From a virus, in IMG/VR virus record IMGVR_UViG_3300037827_000551, positions 1 to 64,000 of that record: a stretch of 64,000 bases of DNA. One strand, 5' to 3'. Position 1 is the first letter of the stretch, and each line of letters starts with the position of its first letter. Made by a program: the position numbers and the translations under genes. Of this stretch, positions 9,337 through 17,435 are shown one piece after another. The notes under the pieces were generated by a model that was not told where the DNA came from, searched no databases, and saw nothing but the letters and a program-made list of their open reading frames with translations.

Positions 9337-9540
9337 ATGGACCAGCAAACTTACGACCAAAACCGCAAAACCCTGGATGACCTCAAGGCCGAGATTGTTG
9401 GTGTTCCAAGCGACAAACTGCTCCGCATGCACAATCGTGCGTCCACTTCCACTTTTGGTGACGTGCACATGGAAATCATAGCGTTTTACGTGCGGAGAGA
9501 ACTCATGAGACGCGGATTTAACCCCAATGGTGATTTATGA
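9337..9540 (+). CDS. Small hypothetical protein
   Basis: Packed ORF; stop overlaps the next ATG. Confidence 0.55.
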   Translation: MDQQTYDQNRKTLDDLKAEIVGVPSDKLLRMHNRASTSTFGDVHMEIIAFYVRRELMRRGFNPNGDL

Positions 9541-10016
9541 GCGAAGGCCAAGAATTGAGCAAAGAGCTCAGGGACACCATAGATGCGATCGGAGTCGCTC
9601 TCGGGGAAACCCCAGGAGAACCGGAATTCCCGATAACCGTCTACTCCATCGAGTACGGTGGACCACCCCCGCTTTTGCCTCCGAAGCGTGGCAAGTGTGG
9701 CGATTTTGTCGCGGTTCGTCCGGTCGGGAATAAGTACGGCGACAAAACTTACCTTGGGGTCATGCTGGGAGATCTCGCCATATCTCTCGGTTACGACTTC
9801 AATCGTACAGCCGGAATCATGACGATTCGACGTGGATTTCACAACCCGGCCATGTTTGTCCCTGATCTCGGTGAGGTGATCCAGGGGTGCCAATCGTGGT
9901 GGTCCCTGATTAAAAAGCCAGAGGATCTTGAACAAATCACCGATAGGGACATCGATAATATCTGGTACGTCAAGGCCCTAAAGAAATTAAAGGAGGCTGA
10001 TCTTGACGGGGGTTGA
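9537..10016 (+). CDS. Conserved phage hypothetical protein
   Basis: VAVRP...KTYLGVMLGD...NPAMFVPDLGEVIQGCQSWW...ITDRDIDNIWYV pattern. Confidence 0.75.
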   Translation: MSEGQELSKELRDTIDAIGVALGETPGEPEFPITVYSIEYGGPPPLLPPKRGKCGDFVAVRPVGNKYGDKTYLGVMLGDLAISLGYDFNRTAGIMTIRRGFHNPAMFVPDLGEVIQGCQSWWSLIKKPEDLEQITDRDIDNIWYVKALKKLKEADLDGG

Positions 10017-10050
10017 CGGCCATGCGATTCTAGAGTTATCAACGTAAGTA

Positions 10051-10716
10051 TTGTTTTGTAGCCAGTCAGCTAGTCGAAAGACGCCCGTGAGAAGGAGAAA
10101 TCATGCTCCACTAGATCGTCAGCGAGGCCGTGGCTATTCCCCACAGAAGTGCGTTCAAATGTGGGTTCGGGCCCAACGCCCCGACCAGTCCACCAAGAAG
10201 ATCGCCGAGGCCGAGGGGATCTCTGAGAGTTACGCACGCAAGCTAATCGCCAGGGGTCATGATCACGCGGTCCAAGGCAAGATACCAAGGATGCTGACGA
10301 TTATGAACGGCCAGCCGATGATTAACGGTGTACCCAATTGCAAGCACGGGAGGCCGATATTGCCGGGTGAGCCGCTGAACTGTGTTGACTGCGACAAATC
10401 CGGCAACGACCATTTGATTGCCATGCGGCCGATCCTGGACAAGAAGCCAAAAGCCAAAGAACCACCGAGGTTTCAGCCTAACATCAAGGACCAGAAGGCG
10501 AAAATTGTGAGCCCAAGCGAATGGATTGTGGCGTTGCCCAACGGAAAGATTCACCAAGTCAGGGCCAGAACCAAAGATGAGGCCAAGGTGATACTGAGGA
10601 AAATTCTCAACCTCAAGCCAAAGGAGAACGTTCCTCGGGGCACCGTATTCCAGAGGGCGATTGATGGGGTGGCGAAGGCGGTTAAGGCCAAGGTTGCGGG
10701 AAAGGGAAGGCCGTGA
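10051..10716 (+). CDS. HTH + Zn-binding putative transcription regulator; start region appears frameshifted
   Basis: STKKIAEAEGISESYARKLIARG HTH and CKHG..CVDC. The RBS-associated ATG at 10103 is out of frame. Confidence 0.6.
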   Translation: MFCSQSASRKTPVRRRNHAPLDRQRGRGYSPQKCVQMWVRAQRPDQSTKKIAEAEGISESYARKLIARGHDHAVQGKIPRMLTIMNGQPMINGVPNCKHGRPILPGEPLNCVDCDKSGNDHLIAMRPILDKKPKAKEPPRFQPNIKDQKAKIVSPSEWIVALPNGKIHQVRARTKDEAKVILRKILNLKPKENVPRGTVFQRAIDGVAKAVKAKVAGKGRP

Positions 10717-11178
10717 GTGAATACAAGGTCGATCTTCAGTATTTGATTTTGGAATGGACTGCGATTGAAGCGGAGGAGCGCGAGAAAGGAAGGTCTGACT
10801 ACCTAAAGCTTGTGAATGCGACCATCAACAGGCTATTGGAGTCCGCCACCTACGAAGAACTCCAAAAATTTGGAAAAATTACCCAGGCATGAATTCTGGA
10901 TGGGCACACGGAAAAGCCATGACAAAACGCCAAAAGAGAAGAGAGCGGCTTGCTCAAACTTGCGAGGGGATCGCCAAGCGAGGCAATCCTGAGATGGGGA
11001 TCAAGCCATGGAGGAGCGAGATTGCAATGGAATTGCGAGCGACGAATCGTAGGATTGAGATGAAGAAATCACGAGCGTAAACCGACCTCGGAAAGACCTC
11101 ATGAACGCCTACAGTCGTTACCGTATTGACTGGGCTCGTGCTGGCAACTTGGAACCAACCCTAACCCGAAAGGACCCC

Positions 11179-11421
11179 ATGAACCCCGATCTCCTCGCCG
11201 AACTCGAAAAGCTCCCAACGTTCGCCTCGCTTCCCGCCGAGGTCAAGACCGCCGTTGTCGACAAGGTTACGGCCACGGTGACTCATCATTATCCCAACAT
11301 GGGCGCCGCTGCCGTTAATTGGGCGGCGATCCTCCAGATTATCGAGGCTGTGCTCGCGGCGGTTGCTCCGCTGATTCCCGCAAAGGCAGCGCCGGCACCC
11401 ACTCCGGCACCGGCCGCATGA
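11179..11421 (+). CDS. Ala/Pro-rich small protein with an amphipathic/hydrophobic C-terminal helix
   Basis: AAAGGA RBS; NWAAILQIIEAVLAAVAPLIP. Confidence 0.65.
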   Translation: MNPDLLAELEKLPTFASLPAEVKTAVVDKVTATVTHHYPNMGAAAVNWAAILQIIEAVLAAVAPLIPAKAAPAPTPAPAA

Positions 11422-11491
11422 GCAGTTTTAATCCGGGACCAATACTTGTTGCAATTGGATTTATTATTTTGATTGGGTCTTTCAGGAGAAA

Positions 11492-12607
11492 ATGCCCGTG
11501 AAGTTTGCGAGACTTAGATTTGGCCGAAATCGTCCCAAGACGCTGCCTCGTTGGCATTTCCACAATTACACCACCAGGGGACTCCTTGCCGCTCCGCCCG
11601 CAACCGAGGACTGGTCAGCGGCGGCGACGGCGTCATTGAGCAATATCTATCTGAACGATCAACTCGGCAACTGCGTGATCGCAGGTGGATATCATCAGGT
11701 CGGCCTTTGGACCGGCAATGCGGGCGATCTATTTCTAGCTACTGACGCTCAGATCATAAGCGATTACTCGGCCATCGGCGGTTACGTCCCAGGAAATCCG
11801 GCAACCGACCAGGGCTGTAACGAGCAGACCGCCCTCGGCTACTGGACATCAACCGGATTCGCGGATGGGTCGAAGCTTGCGGGATGGATGGGTGTCGACG
11901 CGACCCAGCCAACTTTGATTCAGCAGGGCATCTACCTTTTCGAGTCGAGTTACTACGGCCTCGAATTGCCAGACGAGTGGACCAATCCCATGCCGCAGCA
12001 AAGCGGCTTCATCTGGGACGTGGCTGGAGAACCAAACCCCGAGCAAGGCCATGCCATCATGGCGATTGGCTACACGGCTGAAGGTGTCGTGGTTGACTCG
12101 TGGGGCATGACTGGCCTCGTGACATGGGCGGCACTGGCCAAGTACATGGTTACGTCAGCCGGCGGCGAAGCGTACGTCTTGGTGAGCGAGGACCAACTCA
12201 ATAAAGCCCAGGCCAAGGCGCCAAATGGTTTTGACTGGACGACCCTGATCTCGGATTTCGATAGTCTCGGCGGTAATCTCCCGGTGCCGAATCCAACGCC
12301 AGTGCCTACACCGGTGCCTCCAGCGCCAACACCAAGCCCCACGCCGACTCCAGTGAATCCGCCAACGCCGATTCCGCCCGGCCCAGTGCCAATACCGACG
12401 CCAACGCCAACGCCCGTTGTGGTCCCCGACATCGGCATCTTTTTGGCGTCCAAGACAATCCAGTTGAATGCACCGCTGAGCCCAACGGGGGCGCCATGGG
12501 TGATCGAGGATAACGAGAACCCCCTGTACAAAAACCTAGTGAGAGTCAACCTTTCTCGGCGAGCCGTCGTGGTTCCCGAAGGGTGGGAAGCGGCCAAGAA
12601 ACCCTGA
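11492..12607 (+). CDS. Papain-fold (C1/C39-like) cysteine peptidase + Pro/Thr linker + small beta domain; candidate endolysin
   Basis: LNDQLGNCVIAG (Cys), GHAIMAIGY (His), DSWG; (PT)n linker. Confidence 0.75.
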   Translation: MPVKFARLRFGRNRPKTLPRWHFHNYTTRGLLAAPPATEDWSAAATASLSNIYLNDQLGNCVIAGGYHQVGLWTGNAGDLFLATDAQIISDYSAIGGYVPGNPATDQGCNEQTALGYWTSTGFADGSKLAGWMGVDATQPTLIQQGIYLFESSYYGLELPDEWTNPMPQQSGFIWDVAGEPNPEQGHAIMAIGYTAEGVVVDSWGMTGLVTWAALAKYMVTSAGGEAYVLVSEDQLNKAQAKAPNGFDWTTLISDFDSLGGNLPVPNPTPVPTPVPPAPTPSPTPTPVNPPTPIPPGPVPIPTPTPTPVVVPDIGIFLASKTIQLNAPLSPTGAPWVIEDNENPLYKNLVRVNLSRRAVVVPEGWEAAKKP

Positions 12608-12656
12608 TCCAAGAGCGTTCTGGTGGGCCACCGACCGGCCCGGAGAAGCGGTGGCG
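12603..12656 (+). repeat. Post-stop direct repeat / hairpin element, copy 1 (copy 2 at 14707-14777)
   Basis: TGATCCAAGAGCG..CTGGTGGGCCACCGACC...GGTGGC follows the stop codons at both 12607 and 14712. GCCACC pairs with GGTGGC. Confidence 0.75.
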
Positions 12657-12700
12657 CCCACACTGGAAGCAAGTCCTCCGCATCTGAGAGGCGGAGGCAC

Positions 12701-12806
12701 CGGCGAGGGTTTTGGGAGCCTACGGGGGTGACGAAATCGACTCTCTATTGGCTTGAGGCGAAGATTAGACTACCCGTGCTGCCGGTTCGACTCCGGCACT
12801 CGCCGA
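12701..12806 (+). ncRNA. tRNA-like structured RNA (acceptor + T-arm mimic)
   Basis: CGGCGAG pairs with CTCGCCG; canonical T-arm GCCGG-TTCGACT-CCGGC; internal ACGGG/CCCGT stem. Confidence 0.55.
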
Positions 12807-12810
12807 TTTA

Positions 12811-12962
12811 TCGGAAGCGGCGTGGCGATATGACACGCGGAATGTATGGTGCCAGCCTGATGACTTCCTGGTGTGGCCCGTAAGCGGACATCGCAACCGA
12901 CAGTGAGCCAAGATTGCAACTTGGCGAGAACACACCAGCCGGGCTAGGACCGGCCTTCCGAG
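12811..12962 (+). ncRNA. Expanded tRNA-like structured RNA (~150 nt)
   Basis: TCGGAAG/CTTCCGA 7-bp terminal stem, D-like arm GCGTG-9nt-CACGC, T-like arm GCCGG-7nt-CCGGC, large internal arms (GGAA/TTCC, TGGTGT/ACACCA, GCCAAG/CTTGGC). Confidence 0.55.
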
Positions 12963-12980
12963 AAAACTATAAGCAAAACT

Positions 12981-14195
12981 ATGTCGCTCCAAACTATTCA
13001 CATCCCTGGCCTCAACACCGACGTTCGCGTTCAGGATCGCGCCTCGCTGCGATCGACACAGAAGACGCGGAAACAGATCATTCCGGTTCACAAAGTCGTC
13101 TCGATGCCATCTGTGGCACTAGGGGCCATCTATTCAGATATGGCAGCATGGCCAACGGCCCCAACTTCATTCATGTGGGCACCGTCCGCCGTTTACGGTC
13201 TCGATGGCAATGGAACTTACGGCAACTGCCAGCTCTGTGCGGGGATACACAGCGACCAGTTGATGACCTTGGCGGCGACCGGCGTTGAATCGCAATTCGA
13301 TCAAGCGGCGATCATCGCCCAGTACCTGCAAGTTACTGGTGGCCTGGACATCGGATGGAACGAATTCAATCTTGTCTATCAGTGGGAAAACATAGGTCTT
13401 GGCGGTAATCCGGACGCCCTGATTCTCGACTCGATGGATATCGATCCGACGGACACAGAAACCGTCAAGGCCGCATTGTGGTTCTTCGGCTCGGTCATCT
13501 GGAACGGGCAACTTGCGCCGCAGTGGCTGACGGGATTTAAACCAGGGGAGACATGGAATGCTGGAGCGGGGATCGATACCAACCCGAACCTCGGACACGC
13601 TGTCATTCTCACTGGAGTACAACCAAATGGAAATTACGGGATGGCGACCTGGGGAGCCAGTGGGTATTTTGAACCTGCCGCTGTCGCGATTAGTGACCCC
13701 GACATCTTCGTCAACTTGTCCTGGCGGTGGTTCAACCGCCAGGGATACGCTCCCAACGGAGCCCACTACACGGCCGTTTCTCCTCTCTGGACGGCATTGG
13801 GCGGCCGAGTGCTTCCCGCAAGCCCGTTCCCGCCGCCGAGCCCGACTCCAGTCCCTACACCGACTCCAACGCCTCCAGCAACCGTAGATGTGGGCGTATT
13901 CGTCGGGCCCAAGCAAGTGCACATTGCTGGCTCGGGTTGGACGATGACAGACAATGTCCCATTGGATCAGGGTAGACTGATCAAGATTAACTGCGGGGCA
14001 CGTACGGTGCACGGCCAGAAAGGCTGGACCCAAACGGCCACGGCCACCGGATTCGATGTTGGAATCGATATCGCGGGTCAAAAGGTTCAAGTGCCTAACG
14101 GGTGGAGTTTTAGCCCCGTGGCGCCGGCGGGAACCGTAGTCATTTATTATGAGGTCAATCATGTGCAAGCACCTCTAGGATGGATCAAATCATGA
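12981..14195 (+). CDS. Second papain-fold cysteine peptidase paralog + PT linker + duplicated C-terminal beta domain
   Basis: GNGTYGNCQLCA, GHAVILTG, ATWG; PT linker; DVGVFVG/DVGIDIA repeats resemble DIGIFLA in the paralog. Confidence 0.72.
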   Translation: MSLQTIHIPGLNTDVRVQDRASLRSTQKTRKQIIPVHKVVSMPSVALGAIYSDMAAWPTAPTSFMWAPSAVYGLDGNGTYGNCQLCAGIHSDQLMTLAATGVESQFDQAAIIAQYLQVTGGLDIGWNEFNLVYQWENIGLGGNPDALILDSMDIDPTDTETVKAALWFFGSVIWNGQLAPQWLTGFKPGETWNAGAGIDTNPNLGHAVILTGVQPNGNYGMATWGASGYFEPAAVAISDPDIFVNLSWRWFNRQGYAPNGAHYTAVSPLWTALGGRVLPASPFPPPSPTPVPTPTPTPPATVDVGVFVGPKQVHIAGSGWTMTDNVPLDQGRLIKINCGARTVHGQKGWTQTATATGFDVGIDIAGQKVQVPNGWSFSPVAPAGTVVIYYEVNHVQAPLGWIKS

Positions 14196-14415
14196 GTACC
14201 CATGAAATCCTAAAGTGGATGGGGTGGGAAAAACAGTTCGGCTCGCGTTCCCATGGATTTGATGGAGCGTGGACCAAGTGTTTGGACGTATCAAGACGTA
14301 ACTTCTGACTCGGTTTTAACGGGAGATCGCAGTGCCAAAACCCAGACCTCCCAAGCATGTTCCGCATCGACCCTGTGCTTTATACCTCCGTTTCCGAAAA
14401 GAGAAAGGCCGCCAC

Positions 14416-14712
14416 ATGAGCACCGCCATCGCAACCGCAAGCCCGGTCATATCAGGTGACCAGGTCACATCGCGAGGATTTTTCTTCACCCAGAACGCCA
14501 ACGTTCTCCCAGTGGTAACCGTCGGCCCCACGTCGAACACGGCTTCGATTCCCTGTGTTCCTGGCGACGCCATCACATTTTACGTGATTGATACCAACGT
14601 GAACGGGCCATCCGTCGCGTCAAACGTGGTCAGCTCAACCGACCCATTCCCGCCGCCCACCGGCGTTCCGACAACGCCGACTGCGTTAACCCTGACATTT
14701 ACCGACCCTTGA
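14416..14712 (+). CDS. Small Ig/FN3-like Thr/Ser/Pro-rich protein
   Basis: AAAGG RBS; CVPGDAITFYVIDTNVNGPS resembles CEVGDVISVEVIDSNREGDS of 15954-16268. Confidence 0.6.
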   Translation: MSTAIATASPVISGDQVTSRGFFFTQNANVLPVVTVGPTSNTASIPCVPGDAITFYVIDTNVNGPSVASNVVSSTDPFPPPTGVPTTPTALTLTFTDP

Positions 14713-14801
14713 TCCAAGAGCGGGACCTGGTGGGCCACCGACCATGCCGTGAGTTGGACTCGGCAAAACTGGTGGCATCTATCAATTAACTGAGGTTTTA
14801 A

Positions 14802-15107
14802 ATGGGTGTGGATATCCCCGATCTCCCTGGATGGCGAAAAGGCAAGCCACCATACCAGGGTTGCTGGTTCGTGAAATCCAAGGACGGATCGGTCGACATC
14901 GCCTATTTACAGGGCGACCTCTGGATTCACAGTTACGCCAGGAACTGGCTAGACAGATCGGTCGACATCACCTATTTACAGGACGCCCCCGCGATTTCCG
15001 AGGACGATCCAGTCGTCTACTTGCTGAAGACCGGAAGACTTGGGTTGATCTCGGAAATCATCGCCTTCGCTCCAATCCAATGGCCAGATGGGGAGCCACC
15101 GGAATGA
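14802..15107 (+). CDS. Hypothetical protein carrying an in-frame 69-bp duplication/insertion
   Basis: GAGG RBS; DGSVDIAYLQ...DRSVDITYLQ internal duplication. Confidence 0.65.
   Translation: MGVDIPDLPGWRKGKPPYQGCWFVKSKDGSVDIAYLQGDLWIHSYARNWLDRSVDITYLQDAPAISEDDPVVYLLKTGRLGLISEIIAFAPIQWPDGEPPE
14883..14988 (+). repeat. Repeat-spacer-repeat: 37-bp direct repeats around a 32-bp copy of 48091-48122
   Basis: R1 14883-14919 and R2 14952-14988 (4 mismatches); spacer 14920-14951 matches 48091-48122 at 30/32. Confidence 0.85.
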
Positions 15108-15108
15108 C

Positions 15109-15957
15109 ATGGGAGTGGATACCACTGTGAGTGAATTACCAGAATACAGCCAAACTCAATATGAAGTGAACTTGTTGCGACACGAAGTGAACTTATTGCG
15201 ACACGAAGTGAACTTATTGCGACATCAACGCGACAGAGCGCTGGCCATGCTAGCCCGAACCGAGAAGGAGCGCGAAGAGATTCGGAAAGAGTTAGCTGAA
15301 TCAATGGAGGGTGATGTGTCGCTCATCTCGGATTACGCGGATATTCGCACGGCTCACATCCAATCGTTGGCTGAAATCGAGATGCGCGACCGAGAGATTG
15401 CCAACCTGGCCAAGCAGCTCGAAAGCGAGCGAGAGTGCCGTCAGTCCAAGCTCGTCATTATTGAAGAACAGCAACTCAACGCCAAGCAGGCTGAGCGGAT
15501 CGCGGGGCTGCTCGGGACGATCAAAGCGGCAGTCGAGTCGCTGGGTCGAGTGCGGGAATTTTACAGTAAGACCGGATTGCCGTTTTCGTTTCCAGCGACA
15601 TGCGAATCAGTACGACAAATTCTCAAAGCCGAGTTGGGCCGCAAGGTGGGCGCGGAGATCTTGCGGCGGCGTGATCTGATTGACCCACCAGTAAACCTCA
15701 AATCCGATCGACTTAAGCTCTCGGTGGACTGGGCACGAGACGGAGAGGACGAGAGCGTGTTTCTGGTCACGGCGACATTGGACAACAACACAACCAGAGT
15801 ACTCGCAACTGGGTCTTTCCCGGCGGATGCCTTGACTGTTAGCGAGGAGTCACGCAACCCAATCACTGGCAACCCGGCCGGAACTGACACAGAAATGGTA
15901 AGGTTGCCAGACGGAGTGCTAGTGCAAGAGTGTCATGACAAGGAATCGCACCGATGA
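15109..15957 (+). CDS. Coiled-coil hypothetical protein with a 21-bp tandem repeat
   Basis: EVNLLRH x3 (GAAGTGAACTT(G/A)TTGCGACA at about 15163-15224). Confidence 0.65.
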   Translation: MGVDTTVSELPEYSQTQYEVNLLRHEVNLLRHEVNLLRHQRDRALAMLARTEKEREEIRKELAESMEGDVSLISDYADIRTAHIQSLAEIEMRDREIANLAKQLESERECRQSKLVIIEEQQLNAKQAERIAGLLGTIKAAVESLGRVREFYSKTGLPFSFPATCESVRQILKAELGRKVGAEILRRRDLIDPPVNLKSDRLKLSVDWARDGEDESVFLVTATLDNNTTRVLATGSFPADALTVSEESRNPITGNPAGTDTEMVRLPDGVLVQECHDKESHR

Positions 15958-16268
15958 ACGTCCCCGCAAAGCCATCTGTCCGAATCCACTTCTACGCCAA
16001 GCCCGGTATGGTCGACGGCAGCAAGCACTGCACGGTTGAGTTGAGTTGGGTTAACCGCCAGGACAATGTCCAAGTGCGGAATGTCGCCGTGACAACCAAC
16101 ACCGATCTAACACTCCACTTTGGCTTGTCGCCCAATCAGTACCATTGGTCATTTGCATGTGAAGTCGGTGACGTGATCTCAGTCGAAGTCATCGATTCCA
16201 ACCGTGAAGGCGACTCGGAACCAGGGCAGGCCGTTGAGACTTGTCCAGAAAGGACCAGCAATGAGTGA
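15954..16268 (+). CDS. Small Ig/FN3-like protein, paralog of 14416-14712
   Basis: ATGA overlap; shared C-x2-GD-I...VID-N-G-S motif. Confidence 0.6.
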   Translation: MNVPAKPSVRIHFYAKPGMVDGSKHCTVELSWVNRQDNVQVRNVAVTTNTDLTLHFGLSPNQYHWSFACEVGDVISVEVIDSNREGDSEPGQAVETCPERTSNE

Positions 16269-16318
16269 GTGGCGAATTCAGTTCATCAGTCATTCGCGAG
16301 ATCGACGGAGGATAGAAC

Positions 16319-16558
16319 GTGAGCAATCCCCGAGCTATGGTCGTAGCCCTGGACACATCCGCCGAGGATGAGCGGTACGACGTATTTGTTTTCCATGGTG
16401 ATTATGGTCCAGCATACCAGGAGGCCCAGAATTTCTATGTGATGCGGATGATGACTGCAAAGGATAAAAATTCTGTCAATTTGTATCGCATTGGGGAATG
16501 GTTTGAAAAAACAGTGAATCAAGAGAAAGCACCGCACAGTGCTGGAAATGATGGATAA
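16319..16558 (+). CDS. Small hypothetical protein
   Basis: GGAGG RBS, GTG start. Confidence 0.55.
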   Translation: MSNPRAMVVALDTSAEDERYDVFVFHGDYGPAYQEAQNFYVMRMMTAKDKNSVNLYRIGEWFEKTVNQEKAPHSAGNDG

Positions 16559-16715
16559 TCCGTTTGGTGGTGCACCAGAAAACTCGCCATCTCCTGGCCA
16601 CTTGGACCGTGAGGAAAAGTGGAATCTTGATCAAGACTGGTGTTTGTCGGAGCCAGCCTGTAGGGAAATCTGACTCGTCGTGTGCTCAGACGACGTTAAA
16701 TAAACAGGGCGTTAT

Positions 16716-16811
16716 GGGGTGCTGGCGAAATGGCAAACGCTACCTTTACCAAAAGGGTGTCCGGAAAACCGGCCGGTGTAAAACTTCCTCGTTCGAGTCG
16801 AGGTCGCCCCA
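16716..16811 (+). tRNA. Atypical or degenerate tRNA, apparent anticodon CCA (Trp), long variable region, no encoded CCA end
   Basis: GGGGTGC/TCGCCCC acceptor (6 of 7 pairs), D-arm GCG-AAATGGCAAA-CGC, anticodon stem ACCTT/AGGGT with loop TACCAAA, T-arm CCTCG-TTCGAGT-CGAGG. Confidence 0.55.
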
Positions 16812-16962
16812 TTTGCTTGTACGGATATCTTCGGTTACACCCATAGCCGAGGGGCAGACTACCCGTGCAAACAAGCCCCCGCATTGAGGTCTGTGGGTTC
16901 CCGTATGTGCACTGCGTGGTCTCTGGGAACTAAATAGGCACAGATTTGTGTCAATGCGGGGT
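16812..16962 (+). ncRNA. Two long stem-loops downstream of the tRNA-like gene
   Basis: GCTTGTACGG...CCGTGCAAACAAGC; CCCCGCATTGA...TCAATGCGGGG enclosing TCTGTG/CACAGA and GTTCCC/GGGAAC. Confidence 0.5.
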
Positions 16963-16982
16963 TTATATATACGAGGTGAACA

Positions 16983-17435
16983 ATGGCAGAGATTAACGCC
17001 AGTATGCGGGTTGCGGCCTACGCATCCGATAGCGGAAAGCCGCTTATGGGTATTAAGGTATCAGCCCCCGGATTCCTCGGTGGCGATGTGATTCCTCCTG
17101 GGATGACCGATGACGAAGGTCAATGTACACTTCGTTGGCATGGTGACAATCATGGGGCTAGAGTGTTCAATGGCGAGGTCTTTTTCGTTGATTCCCGCTA
17201 TCACTTCCGACAGACTTCGATCGAAGTAAGCCAAACCGAAGAAAACGACCCAGAAGTCTTTGCGGCGACACTTGAACCAATCGTGAGACCAACATCTCCA
17301 ACGAAGACGGTCCAATTTGTCTTCTCGGTCGACGACGCCCGCAAACTTCTGGCCTCGCTCGCCACGAGCACGCCGTTGGCACCGGAAGTGGCCAAGAGAA
17401 TTTGCCTGATGATTGGGTCGAGGTTACCAGAATGA
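16983..17435 (+). CDS. Hypothetical protein (carboxypeptidase-regulatory/prealbumin-like beta sandwich)
   Basis: GAGGTGA RBS; DSGKPLMGIKV...MTDDEGQC pattern. Confidence 0.6.
   Translation: MAEINASMRVAAYASDSGKPLMGIKVSAPGFLGGDVIPPGMTDDEGQCTLRWHGDNHGARVFNGEVFFVDSRYHFRQTSIEVSQTEENDPEVFAATLEPIVRPTSPTKTVQFVFSVDDARKLLASLATSTPLAPEVAKRICLMIGSRLPE

Noticed and set aside
12724-12806. tmRNA (GGGGGTGACGAAATCGAC resembles a tmRNA 5' end)
   Set aside because: Far too short, no tag ORF or pseudoknot region, and the 3' end pairs better with CGGCGAG than with GGGGGTG.
12857-12900. Hammerhead ribozyme core (CTGATGA)
   Set aside because: No stem II followed by GAAA at the required position.
15163-15224. 21-bp tandem repeat x3
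   Set aside because: Simple in-frame heptad expansion in a coiled coil, with no spacer.
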